IMG/VR virus record: IMGVR_UViG_3300031760_000018
Span: 1-64,000 of that record
From: a virus
Taxonomy: Duplodnaviria > Caudoviricetes
Reading direction: 5' to 3' (one strand)
DNA: 64,000 nt
Below the pieces are notes generated by a model. The model was not told the origin of the DNA. It made no database searches and saw only the letters and a list, made by a program, of their open reading frames with translations. The translations under genes and the position numbers were made by a program. Positions within the stretch are counted from its first letter, which is position 1, and every line of letters starts with the position of its first letter. Positions 11,987 through 25,738 of the stretch are shown here, in pieces.

Positions 11987-14900
11987 TTAAGCATTCATTG
12001 GCTCATTAAACCAAACTTCAATAATGCTACGATCCCATTGATTTACAACAGCAGAAGGATCATTCAAGATTTCATTTGTATAGTTTTTACCATAGAAATA
12101 AATCTTTTGTACACCATTCGAACCAGAAGAAGGATCAATCTCTGGAGAATATGGAAGATTATTCTGCTGCATCTTATAGACGCCGCCAGAAGTTAAGGTT
12201 GGGAAGTCAACTAAAAGACCATTTGAATTGCGGTCACTATAAGTACCGAAGCAAATAATTTGCCAGCCAGCCTAACCTAAACAGTTCATACCATAATTAG
12301 TTAAGTTATGGCTTAATGTTAAAGTACGGCTATAATTACCATATCCATGGTCAATTGCAGTAGTACCAACATTTTGTAAAGCATATTGTCCAATACTAGT
12401 TACATTATCTAAAGATGCAAAGATTAAAGAGTTACATCCAGCTAATGAATTAGTGCCCAAACTAGTGCAAGAGGTTGGGAAATCACACCATACCAAATTA
12501 TATGCACCATAGAAAGCATTCGCGCCAATAGAAGTAAGATTTGCTTTATCTGGATAACCTTGGAAGAAAATATGAGTAATATCAGAGTTATGCTGGAATC
12601 CATTACCAGTATATCCTTCAGGTGGTAATGGTCCATCTTCAGCATATTTTCTATTGGTAATATCCCAGTCTCCACCAGGAGTGAAAGTAGTACCTTCAAT
12701 AAGGACTCTCTGATATACAATATTTCCTAAGTCGTCCTGAGAACTTACATCAGGGCCCATTACTTGAACGATAGGGAAGGAAAGTCCTTCTCCATTAGTA
12801 TAGAGCTTAGGAATACATACTTTACCACCAAGATGACGAGTTACTCCATAAAGTACGGCATAACCATTACGCGTTACATGACATTGTAACCATTCATTAG
12901 GAATTGGATTATCATAAACACTTTCTTCACGGAATACTGGCCAACGCTCTAAATCTTTCTAAGAGATTGTGCGCATATCAGTTACAACAGTATAAGTACC
13001 AGTGCCACTGTCACGAGCAACTGACCATCCTTTAAATGCCCAAACCTTAGTTAATTGCTGAGAAGGCTAAGTTTTGAAAGGAATATTCTTAGGAGGATAT
13101 TGACCAACAATGCTACCAGAAGGTACTAATACAGTTTCATAAGAATCAACAGGAGGATTATCTCCACCTGCAACATATGCGTCATAATCTAAAATATATC
13201 TAATCTTATATTTATGCAATACAAATACTGCATAATAAGTAGTTTGAGCAATATTGTTATTATCAGGATTGACAAAAGTTACATTATAATCATTACTATG
13301 CGCAGGATAGAAATCAATTAAGTTTTCTAATACTTCGCTATCATCAGTAACTACGCTGCAAGTTTCAACAACACTATCATCAGTAGTCCAACCCATGAAA
13401 TCATAGTGGTTACGTACTGGCTTAGAAGGAACAGGAACTTTCTCTGTACGTGTGCGCGCACGATAAGTTGCATGCTCTTGCTGAATACCTTCAGGACTGA
13501 CAACAACAAACTTTGCACGTGGACAAGGATTAACTTGTGCTGCAGTAATAACTAACTTAGTTTCTTCTTCATCCAAACGAGCATTGAATTTAGTCATGAT
13601 ATCATACAAATCATATTCGTCAATTGCTGTACCAGAAGCATTATCTACATAAACTTCACCAGTAATAGTGGGCAAATATTTTGCACTAGAACCAGTAATA
13701 GAAGCAGCAGTCTGGAATTTCTAAGCAAGTAATGGTTGTCCGTCGCCAGTCTTAGTAAGAGTATTATCTTCATAATCTTGTAAGATGACTTTGAAAAGAT
13801 TCAAATTAGGAATACCATTCTTAACTTCATTATTAGAAGGATCATAAGTCAATTTGTTATTATTTTTAAGATATACGCCACCAAGATTTTCTTGTGCATA
13901 TCTAAATGTCTTATTCAAAGAAGCTAAAGTACTATAAGTCAAATCATCGTTACGTACCCAATATTCAGCTCCAGAGATTTCAGAAGCATTAACATCTTGT
14001 TTCTCGAAAGGAGTCCACTATACATCAGAACATTCAATACGTACAGTACGTTTGATTGTCGCATCAGTAGTAGACAATGCTTTATCCCAATACATTCTAA
14101 TTTTCTCTTTGATGATATAATCAAGCATTTCGTAGCTGTAGAAACCTAATTTACCACCAGCGACAACATACTGATCCATTGGACAAGGAGTATATTTAGA
14201 AGTATAAGTTATAGGATCACTTTCCATAATACCTGGGATAGTATTATAAACTTCACGATGATTTTCTTCTAAGTAAGCCATCGCACCAGCACGATTTCCT
14301 TTATAAGTTTGATACAATACTAAGAAATCTTCATCAGTTTTAACACTCATCTTATCAGTAATATTCTCATAATATAATCCTTCTGCAGGAGTATTTCCAT
14401 TATAAGAATAAGTAAGTTCACGATTACGTACTACTGTATTAAGAGCTTGAGACTGAATCAAATTCAATGCAGTCATTGTAGCAGGGAAATATGCACGACG
14501 TAATACATTACCTTTTGCTACATCAATAGTAAGCAAGTTAGTTCCTAAGGTCTTCAAAGTCTTTAACTTCAAGCAACCAGAAACATCAAGAGTCTGATTC
14601 AAACCTGCAATATTACTTACATCAAGAGTTTCAAGTAATGCCTTAGCATTAGCATTTAACTTACCTTCAGAAGTAGTATAAGAACTATCTAATTGTAATG
14701 TACCACTATTCATACCGCCATTCTTATAAAGAGGATTGTCGTTACCAATAATCAAACTATTCAAACGAACTGCGGCAGAAGCAAAGAACATATCCAAATA
14801 CTTAAGACTTAAATCGCCTAAATCACGAATATATTCAGGACCATAAATATAAACTAACTATTGACTTAATGCTTGTCCAGCATCAATCTGCTCTTGAATG

Positions 14901-17900
14901 GAACTAAGAGGAGGAATTTTAATATACCCCTCATCAGTAACAATATCATAACGAGCTGGTGTAGTAGGAATTTCATCGAAATATGCAGAACAATACTGAG
15001 TCAAATAAGGTTGTACAGTAAAGGTTGCATTTGCATCCAAACCAGCCAAACGATATTGATTCTTTTGTCCAACAGGAATATCGCTTGCATCAGGGTCAGA
15101 AGTTCCAGTCCAGTTAGCATCATAACGCATAGAGATACTAGAACCACCTTGAGTACGATAAGAGCCTGCTAACCATTCAGAGTCTTTATAATTCAAACGA
15201 TTGCGGAAGAAGGCAGTACGGTTAAGTGAACGGTCTCCTTGCGCGCAATAGAACATATCAGAGCGAGTATCTGGTTCACCACTTTGATTGACATATCCTA
15301 CAGAACCAAGAGAAGGTCCGATATACTTATAGAAAGCATCGCAGTTCTTCATAATAGGAGTCCAACAATCTGCACTACGAGTATTGTAGAAATCAATTAA
15401 AGTTTGTAATTTAATACCATTATCATTTACACGAAGTAAGCGATAGAACTTCTTCAAATCATCTAAGAAGCAAGCAAAGAAATTATCCCATAATACAGAA
15501 CCTGCGCCAGAGAAAATTCCATCTGCTTGAGCATTAACATCATAATCCCAATATACAGAACCAGAGTTGTTAATACCAAGTTGAGTATCTAAATCGTAGA
15601 AAATTGGATACCAAACGTAATTGCCATTAGAACCTTGTTCAGGTCCATAAGTAGCAAGCATCATATTCTTTTCACGAGAATCGTACAAAATAAGTAAGTC
15701 AGTAAGAATTGCATACAAGCACATATAATCAAAATTAAAGTGCTGACGTAATTCAGAACGGTATTTACTTAAACGATAATTCTTATTATCGCGATCATAC
15801 TTTTCATAAACTTCAGAAATGGTCTTCTGATCTGTTGAATCTTGAGGATTGCGGCAAACAGTCTTATAACCAATAATCTGTTCATTAGAACCTTGTGCAA
15901 AAATAGCTTGACGAGCAAACCAGTTTAAAGGAATTGGCTCACTATTTACATCAAAGTAATAAGTCTTCATCCGTACAATTTGAGATTCGTCAGGAACGAC
16001 TTCATCAACCATAGTGATTTCGCCAGTTTCTTCATCTACATCTTGTACTTGAATTGTCTTGGTACCAAACTCTAAAACTTGGAAATCAGTATCAAGAGTG
16101 TGTAAATATTGATCTTGAGGAACTCCATTACTATCTAATAATAAACCATTAATTTCATCCTCAAATATCAAAGCTGCACTAGCAATAGCACGACCATTTA
16201 AAGGATTAGTTACAGACCATCCATTATCATAAGCCCACAAATTCTCAGGAATCTTAGTAACAAGACCTTCATTATCTTTAACGTAATAATCACGTAACAA
16301 AGTAGGATGATTATTTTCATCTACAATAGGAAGATGATTACTATCACGAAGAATAAGAACATCATTGAAGTCTGCAAGAGCAGTCAATTTATGAGCTTTA
16401 GGATTCTTTTCCCAATCAGGCTGTCCTTCGTTGTCCCAATAATGAACATTAGTAGAATAAATCCAACGAGATAAATCCCAAATATTTCTACAATAGTTAG
16501 ATAAGTTTTTACGTGCAGTTGCTTTAGTTGCACTTGGGTCAGAAGCATAAACACCTATTGCTTCACCTGGATCCATAATATGATAACGACATTCAAAGAA
16601 CTTAAAGAAATCTAACTGATAATCAGTAGTACTATAAGCTGTGAAGTCATTACGTGTGAATCCAGTAAAGCCATGTTGGTTAGAAGTTAATTCCCAACAT
16701 TCTGCGATTTCTTTATAAGTCGCAGGACGATCGGCAACTTTAATCTCTAATGGAGCTAAAGTTTTATTAACATCTTTTAATGTTTTTTTAGTCTTCTGAG
16801 TTCCAATCTTAGTAAAGTTTTCAGCAGCTTTAATCCACTCATGTCCATTCCAACCATATACATCAGTTCCGATAATATAACCGTCTGCAATAGCAGGAGT
16901 TTTACCTTCTGCGGCAAGCGATTCAGTATATGCAGTAAGAGCTTCAACGCTATCTTTATCGCCCTTATATTTTACAGGCATAAAATAAGTAGCTTCTGCA
17001 TTTTTATTAAATTCAGTCTGAGCAGATCCTTCTTCAAATCCGAAAGCATCATCTTGACCTTTATGGATATTGAAGTTATAACGACCAATGAAAGTAGGAG
17101 TAGTTTCTCCGCCTTCAGGATCTTTAAAGTCCCAGAATAACAATGCAGGATACCCATAAACAGTAGTACGATAAGGTAAATCATTATCATCAAGAATTCT
17201 CTTTAATGGATGACGCAAATCATAACTACCAAGGTTAGCATCATTAACTGCGACAGACAAGAAATCAACTAAGTTCGCACCAGGAGTATTATGAGAAGAA
17301 GAACTATCCATGTAGTCTGCTTTCAAACAGAAACTTTCACAAACTAATCCATCTTTAATTTCAAATCCTTCACGCTCTTCAAATCCGCTACCATTCCAAA
17401 CCTCTTCCGCGGTGTTAGGCCAAATTTCACGCTTAGCATCATCGCCATCCCAAGTAGTCATATAGAATGGGAATGCATTAAGATATGGATGTGGATCAGG
17501 CTTTTTAAACTTAGCTTTATAGTTACGAATAGGATAGCCTTGAGAAGAAGTTCCTTGTACGTCAAATTCAAAGTCTTGAACTTTAAATGACTTACGCTTA
17601 GAAGGATCTTCTTGATATTTATCTGCTGGATCGTAATAACGGAAATCGCAATATTTAATATTACCTTTCTGATAAGGTAATTTTGCGGTCTCATTATTTT
17701 GAGTTAAGTTATATGGATAACTCGAAACAACCATAATAGGAAGTCCGCGAGGAATCTGAGAAATATTACGTACACCAAGTTTTAATTGCTTTTGATAATT
17801 CTCTTCAAGAGCATCGCTTAAATGACGTGCAGATTCATAATCAATAGTAACGTAATCTAAAGTTTGTCCTTCACGATTAACGTACTTAGTAGTAATATGA

Positions 17901-20143
17901 TTCTCTAAATAACGCTGACGCTTTTCATCAAGATTTGGCGCATCAGCAATCCAGTTCGTAACAATATCATCAAAATCAAGAGGCGCACCATAAACACGGA
18001 TATTATACAAATCCAAATCGCAATAATCAGAATTGAAAATGAATTTTGCACTACCAGTATCAAAAGTTTCACCATTGATCTTAAATTCTTCCAAACCAGA
18101 AAGAACACCATTAATATAGATATATAAGAAAGCAGGCTCTTTACTTGCTACAACAGAAACCTTAACCTTTTCACCATCAGCATAACGAACGTTTACAGTA
18201 TGTCCAGAAGATGCGAAGAAAGCTTCTTGAGTACCAAAACAGAAACCTTTATTTTGCCCGAAGAAATAACCAACTGCATTTTGAACGGTACCATCCGGAT
18301 TGGTCTTAATAGTTTTAGTAATTTCAGTTTTCTCAATAATACGATTACCAAAACTATCGTAAATAGGATCACCATTATCATCTGTTGCATAAGTATCAAC
18401 AGCAGTTAAGTTCAAAAGCTTAGAAAAGTTAATAGCATTGCGGCACTTAAATTCTGCCTCGATAGTGAATCCATTACCGACATCAGATTCTTGTAAAATA
18501 CCATTGAAATTAACTTCAACCTTTGCGCCATTACTTAAACGCAATACTTCGTCGCCATCATCATCTGTAGTCCAACCATTGTTATACCAGTTGAATCCAG
18601 TGAATGTAGAAGTATATGAACCATAATTCCAAGTTCCGCGCTTAGAAGCAACTTCTTTATTAGAACGCTCTTTAGCAGTTAAATATAACAACAAGTTATC
18701 AGTTACTGGGTCCAAATCCATTGAACTATTTTTAGTAATAGTAACAGACCAAGTTTTACTTACACTAGTCTGAGCAGTTTGAGCTGTCATCTGGAAACTA
18801 TTAGGCTGCTGAGCAATATCAGATACATAGTTAGTAATACGCCAAGTATTCCAACCAAGTAACTTATTGTCCCAAGTAACCTAAATAGGAGAAGTTGCTA
18901 ACTCATTATTATTTAAATACAAGTGAGTTGAAACTTTCTCTAAACCTCGAGCATAGATAACGTAAGGAATTTCAATAACATTATAATTCTCTTCTGTTGT
19001 TACAGCAGGATAAGATGAAATAATAATTGGAGTAGAACCGCCTTCATCAGTAACCCAAATGATTTCATATTCATAAGAATCAACAGGGAAAGCTTCGCCG
19101 CCAATTAATACATAGCCATCAAAACGAATTATATGCATTCCATGAGGGATGTCCGCTAATTCTGGAACTGCACAATTTACAATAACAGAACCAGTATTAG
19201 TTACAATATTACCAATTTCATAACCACTTGCATTATCCATTGCTGTACTTGCCGCAGTAGTAACGATTTCTTCATCATCAATATAAGTACGAACAATACC
19301 AGTAACAGTTTTAGCTTGAGCGTCCAAGCCATTAAATACAAATGGGAAAGTAATAGTATTTAACAATCCAGTATCAGGAGTCTCAGAAGGAGTATAAGGC
19401 TGACGCTGATTCCAGCTATTGCCAGCTTTAAACTCTGCACGGATACCACTAATATCTGTTTCGTAAACTTGGGTAACACCATTTACCTTTAATTCAACAT
19501 GGATAGTATTAGTGCCATTAATTAAATTGTTTGCAGGAATAGTGAAAGTCTTATTTACACGCAATTCTTGACGAGCATTGCTTAAATAAGTAAGCTCTTC
19601 TCCATTCAATTCAAATTTAACTGCACCCACTTTATCAGTTGTTGTTGAAGATCCAAAACGAAGAGTAATGGATAAAGGCTGGGTAATTAATGCACGAGCG
19701 GGAATGTCAGAAGCTTCAACAATGGTAAGTCCTCCGCCACCTCCTGCGACGCCACCACCAGCGATAATTTTTGTGTGTACTGTTACATTATGATCTTCAT
19801 CTTCTGTAATTTTTATTACACGATACAAAACATTATCATCGGTGATTAAAATGTTATCAACGCTAAGCTTTTCAGCATCAATAGTGCCTCTATCAAAAAG
19901 ATATTCATCATGTTCAATATCTCTAACAGGTTCACCATGACACTTTAAAAAACTTACATCTCCACCACCTGCGACGCGGTGACGTTTTGCTTGCGCATCG
20001 AAGTAAATTACATCATTATCGTAAGCAAAATAAACATTACCATCTTTGATTGGAGTTTTTGCAATGTCAGCAATATTTTCTTCTGTTCCGCGATAAACAG
20101 TAAAAGCATCAGTTGTAGATACTCTAGTTGTTACTCTCGCCAT
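11987..20143 (-). CDS. Giant virion-associated protein, ~2718 aa, with LamG-like, CotH-kinase-like, LRR, Listeria/Bacteroides-repeat-like and BspA-type LRR regions
   Basis: ATG at 20143 follows AAAGGAG. Seven ORF-track pieces from 18881-20143 to 11987-12172 share one frame, are separated by TAG, and end in TAA TAA. LamG-like: 'GFTIEAEFKC..YIYINGVL..DLDLYNIRVY'. CotH-like: 'VQGTSSQGYPIRNYKAKF', 'CLKADYMDSSSSHN', 'DSREKNMML', 'WYPIFYDLDTQLG'. LRR: 'LETLDVSN..LDVSGCLKLKTL'. Repeat-like: 'KPVRNHYDFMGW'. BspA-like: 'LTSIGANAFYG'. Confidence 0.8.
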
Positions 20144-20169
20144 GTCTTAAAAACTCCTTTCTCTCTATA

Positions 20170-21855
20170 TTAGAAAGATCCCCAAGTAAGATTAATTTGA
20201 GTACCATTGTTGTTTGCAGTAAACTTCAAAGTCTCAGAACTAAATGTATGGGAACCTGATCTAGCTAAGTTATGTGCATCAGTTATTGTATGAGTAACTG
20301 TTGCAGAATTATTATCTTGGGCAGCAGAAGAAGAAGTGGTTACAGTTGCAATACTGTTTTGAGTATCAACAGCAGTAAATGTAGTCTTCTCAATTCCAGT
20401 AATATGCCCAGTAGAATCTACAGTAACGCCAGTTACAGCTTGAATAGAAGCAGAACCTTGACTCTATTGAGTGATAGCGGTTCCTGTAGTATTAGTAACA
20501 GTAATTGTTGCATGAGTAATGATGATATCACGCGCAGTTGTACCTTGTCCAATAGTAATAGAATTATTAGCTGAAGTTACATTACCAAGGAAATTATTTT
20601 TACTATCTTTAAGTACGATTCCATGATAAGTATTATCATACTCTAAAGTATAGGTACGAACATCATCATCACCAGATGGAATATAAATCCAAGCAATATT
20701 ACCAGAAGTAATATATCCATTTGCGTCCTCTGGAATAGTAGTATCATCTAATGTGGCAATCATCATATCACCAACATTACAACGTTGCCCTTCATATGTT
20801 CCAGCTGTAGTAATTTTATAAGTATCACCAATACTTACATTAGTAGTAGGCAATGCTTGTAAAGTATCCCAAAGATTTGCTCCAACAGAACCTCTGAATG
20901 TCATAGCATTCATTGAACGTCCTGCTTCACTAATAGCAGCATCAACTTCGCTCTTAGTATAAACATTAAGAACTGCAGTTCCACTTTGGAAAGTAGCACT
21001 TGATCCACCATTTTCACCATAAGTAATAGTAGGAGTAAGTCCGGCAGAAGAAATAACGTTATTGTTTAAATCTTTTACTTGGAATACATATTTACCAGTG
21101 GCATCAAAACTATCCATCAACTATTGAACACCACCGCCACCTGCAATAGTAATAACACCATTAGAGGTAGACAAAGTAATTCCAGTACCACCTGCTAAAG
21201 AAACAGAACTTGTTTGAGATTCAGTTCTATTAACAGTGGAGCCATCTGCGCCAGTACCTGTAGTAGTATTAGTGATAGAAATAGTAGCAGTATTACCGCC
21301 ACCAGAAGCTGCGCTAATAGATGCCGCAGTAATTAAATTTGCAGTTCTAAAAGTAATAGTACCTTTAGTAGACGTACCATTCGCAATATTAACAGTATTA
21401 CCTTCAACAACCAATAACTCAGCATCAGTAGTATAATAATCAATCGTTAATTGCTTATTAACATTATCAGTACCAGTAATAGTCTCTGTAAGAACAGCAC
21501 CAGAACCATCAGTTAAATCTTGCGGCAAAGTAGACAAACCAGCTGCCGCAGATTGATAATTACTAATTAAAGCAGCGAATGTTGCAGTAATATTAATCTA
21601 GCGGAATGCGCCTGTAGAAAGAGCTTTATATAATCCTTTAGTTTCTTCTACATAATATAAAGCCTATTCATCTTTTGGCAAAGTAGCTAATTCTTGAATA
21701 GTTGCTGCTAATAAAAGTTGTCCAATTCGAATTCGATTAGTGGATGAAACGTCTACATACATTGCTTTTTCGTCAGTAGTAATATACACTGAACCATCAG
21801 TAATGGTTGCTGGTAAATCAGCTTTTAAACCACGTTTAAAAACAATATTAGCCAT
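20170..21855 (-). CDS. Virion appendage / fibre-like protein, 561 aa
   Basis: ATG at 21855 follows AGGAGGG. It begins MANIVFKRG and joins ORFs 21664-21855, 21121-21537 and 20464-21120 through TAG. It is Thr/Gly-rich and ends NLTWGSF-TAA. Confidence 0.8.
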
Positions 21856-21871
21856 TTATTCACCCTCCTTT

Positions 21872-23101
21872 TCAAATATTCTCCCATTCTAAATGAACGT
21901 CATTAAATACTGCTGTTACATAATCTTCTACTGTAGGATAAGCAGTATTAGCATAGGTTAAATTACCTATCCGACTATCTGCAGGCTCAATCCATGCTCC
22001 AGTAATACCTAAAACATAATTAGCATCAACTCCATTATCTGGGACTCCAGGAACCAATCCAGGAGTGCTACCTTCAAAAATAGGAATAGATACTATTCCT
22101 TGAGCATTTGGTGTTAAAGGAGTATTATCAATAACAATTCCATTAACATGATTTTGCTCTAAAGCATCTACTCGTTCAATCAAAGAATTATTTACATAAG
22201 GAGTATCAGTTACGCCTACGATTGTTTCAAGAGTATTAAGGCGATTTTGTAATGGAGTAAAATCTAAATTTATACCTAATTCTACCCATGCAGAACCATT
22301 CCACACATACTCTTTATCACCAACTTGATATACATCGCCATTACGAGGATTTTCTACTGCATTTAAAGCTTCCATAGTTTCTAAAGAACCTTGGAACATA
22401 AATGCACTACCTAATGCAGCAACATCTTCTTGTAATTCGAGTATATCATTAATATTCGTCGCCACTTGACCTTCAACAATAGTTACTCTATCTTGTAAAG
22501 AATCAAGTGCATTTGCTAAACCAGAAACAGTTTCTGTATTCGGTTCATACCATCCTAAAACCAATTCTTGTTCGGCCTAATCGAAGACTACTCTCGGTTC
22601 TAGCCCAGCCTTCCAAGGATGAGTATTATTAACCTCTTGGACTTCATAATGTGCAGCAATATCATGTTCTTGATCGGCAGGAATATATCTATAATATTTA
22701 ACGCCATAATCTTTTAAAGACAATAAATTATCTTTAAGTTCAATACTGACATCATCTACATTTGTTGCATGCGCCGATCCACTACCAGAGCCAGTATTGA
22801 TTTGACGCCAAACTAAATCTGACGTATAAATATATACTTCTTCTGAGTCAGTGTTATTTAAGAGTAAGATATCACCAGGAATTACAACGACATCATCTAT
22901 GATACGTAATACCGCATCTTCAAAGGTTTCTCCAGTTTGATAAGTGCCTTCAAAAAAATGAGGCTGACCGATTTGAATAAAGCCACGATACAATTCATTA
23001 GTATCAAGTAAGAAATATAAAATATTATCTTGAATCTAATGTTCTGATACGGCTAGTTCATAATCTTGTCGCGTACCAAATTTGAATACTACCTATGCCA
23101 T
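21872..23101 (-). CDS. Virion appendage protein, 409 aa
   Basis: AAAGGAG, then ATG-GCA-TAG-GTA-GTA-TTC-AAA (MAQVVFKFG). It joins ORFs 22577-22993 and 21872-22564, has short coiled coils and 'GDVYQVGDKEYVWNGSAWVELG', and ends LEWENI-TGA. Confidence 0.8.
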
Positions 23102-23131
23102 CTACTTCAACTCCTTTCTAAGTGTATCTCG

Positions 23132-23180
23132 TCTTTTATTATTCAAAATCTTGCATAACAAATTAAAGGGGCTCGTCCAG
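23132..23180 (-). promoter_or_regulatory. Candidate phage late-promoter motif, copy B
   Basis: CTGGAC-N26-TTTTGA-N8-AGA, about 30 nt upstream of the 23101 start codon. Confidence 0.45.
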
Positions 23181-23200
23181 AAAGACAAGCCCTTTTAATT
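23161..23200 (-). terminator. Terminator-like hairpin
   Basis: Imperfect inverted repeat AATTAAAAGGGCTTGTC-tttctg-GACGAGCCCCTTTAATT immediately after the TAA at 23201. Confidence 0.6.
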
Positions 23201-25384
23201 TTATCCTCCAGCTGGAGGGTCTTCTGTAATTAATCCTTCTGCTAATAAAACTGCATGAATACGAGCATCAATAGCATCTCGTAAAGCTTGTGTTGATACT
23301 GTTGCGGAAGGATTTCGTTCATCCTATATAGAAACGTTATTAATCCAATTAGCCAATGCTTCAACAGCTAAATTCATACGTGTTTCCTTGAGTCGTTGAG
23401 TAATTGTTCCATCATCTTTTACAATATCAGTAATACGTCCACTTAAAGCAGAATCAGCATCGCCACGAGTGGTAGCTTCATCAGATAAAGCATCACTTAA
23501 AGCAACAATACGACTATCATTATCATCTGTTTTAAATTCTAATTTTCCAATAGCAACACGTAAAGAATCAGTACCGACAATAGAACTTGATGCTTGCGCT
23601 TTAGCATAATTGGTCATATTATAATCTAATACATGTTTTAATGTACCTGCGCCAGAAACAACTTTACTAGCATTCTCTGGTAAAATTTCTGCCTCTGCCG
23701 CAGTTAACCAACCTGTTGTAGTATTAGAAATAATTAATCTATTTTTATTCTATAAGATAAGACCAATGTCTTCAATAAGATCCCAAATCTGATGCATAAC
23801 TCCCCAAACAGAGTCATCTCTTAATTTTTTAGTAACTCCATTATATACTAATTCATGGCCCATTAAAGTATTATAGCCAAGCATCATACCATAAAAGCTA
23901 TCTTCATAATCAGTATTTAATTGAACTAAAGTCCAACGAGGAATTGCATAATAAAATTGTTGACCAGGACTTTGTTTATATACATCTAAATTTACTCGAC
24001 AAAATTCATTACGAGCTGAATTTAAATAATATAAAGGACTCCATTGTATAGATGCATTAGTATCAATATTAGCAACAACAGTTTCGCCTTCGCCACTTGT
24101 ATAGGTAACTGTGCTTGTGCCATTTTCAACATAATTAAAAGTGCAAGGAGTATACAATGGATAAGGTTTAAAGAACCAATATACTTTTGGTTGAGTTGTA
24201 TTCCCTCCATTGGAGCTGTCTCCTAAATCATAATAAATCTTTTTACTATCTTCTACATTATAAGTAAAACATCCAGGAGTTAAAGTACTTTTATTACGTT
24301 GAACTGCAATATATCCATAAGCGTCTCTAATTTGATTTAATCCACCAATCATACAAGAAGTCTTATATGTTACATCTGAATCTGGATCAGAGCGACGAGT
24401 AGCCAATTTTGTATATCTATGCTAATCATTTTGTTCCCATCCATACATTAAATCATACATATCACAAACTGCATTACCAAGAGCAGGTAAATTAATATAC
24501 CAATTACGCAAATCATCTGCAACAGTACCATTTAAATATACGCCAGTTTTAGGAGTATTTTCAGAAAAGTATTTACGACCACTTGCTGTTGCTTCAAAAT
24601 TAATTCCATTAACAACACTAGCTGGAGCTTTAGTATGAACAGCTTTATTAAATCCTGCTTTATTATAATAAATACGAGCAGGTCGTGTTAACATCGGTCC
24701 AATAGTATAAGACTATCCATCCGCACTATCTACCCACGTAATATCTCTCTAAGTAATATTCTCATCAGAGTGTTGAGTAGTAGCATCTGTTACTACTGCA
24801 ATCTTATCTCCCCAAGCTGCCTATACATGAAGATAATAGTCTATATTGGTTGAGTCTCTATCAAAATAAGGCGCTGTAGTTGTATATTCAGGAGCATCTA
24901 CTGCTAAATGGAATGTTGGAACTACTGTATTCATTTCTGCAATCAATACATAGCGCCAACCATCTGTAGTGCTATCATATGATTTCATCCAAGCCGTAGA
25001 ATCATATGAGCGTCCATACTATCTTACATCTTTAGCATAATTAGCAGTATAAGTAGTAGCTGTTGCACTTTCAACTGAGACATATTCTGTACCATTCCAA
25101 GTATAAAAACTATACGAAGTACCAATAGCGGTTAAATCTTGATAAATAACATCTTCACGAGGAATAATGCGCGAAGCCGTTTGAAAATAAGCAGATGTAT
25201 AAAAATTATTACCATTTTTATATCCAGTAATAGGTGGTTCACTATATTCTACTAAAACAAAACGACCATTTACTACTCCATCTGTCGCAGCATTTTCATC
25301 CATAGCTTTACGACTACGATAAATTTTATCAAACTAAAATGCTACTCTATTGGCAGTTGATAAATTAGTTCCATAAAATCCCAA
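23201..25384 (-). CDS. Putative baseplate/tail structural protein, 727 aa
   Basis: TTG start after GGGAG. It begins MGFYGTNLSTANRVAF(Q)FDKIY. ORFs 25019-25303, 24422-24694, 23750-24406 and 23324-23617 share this frame, ending at TAA 23201. Confidence 0.75.
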
Positions 25385-25389
25385 TTCAA

Positions 25390-25725
25390 TCAACTCCCTT
25401 GTTCATAAATAAAATCAACATATATATAAGCGGCATCATTACGAGCAATAGTTTCAAGTGATGTCGCATCAAATTGCAAATCTGAAATCGTAGATAATCC
25501 TTCGATATCTAATTCATATATTCCAGTAGATCCTACTACTACAGGAGTAGTATATCCATTAATATAAAATTTAGTACCTGGTAATGCCTAAACTCCTAAC
25601 CGAACTAACGGATAGTATTTAGAAAATGCAGTACCATGCCGCATTTGAGTGGAAGTTAATCCACTAGGATAGTTTTGAGAACTACCATTAGCAAAAAAAC
25701 GAACCTACCCTACTTTACGTGCCAT
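25390..25725 (-). CDS. Small putative structural protein, 111 aa (absent from the ORF track)
   Basis: AGGAGG, then ATG at 25725. The translation is MARKVG(Q)VRFF...LGV(Q)ALPGTKFYING...IYELDI...YVDFIYEQGS-TGA. It exactly fills the gap between its neighbours. Confidence 0.75.
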
Positions 25726-25738
25726 CTCCATTTCCTCC

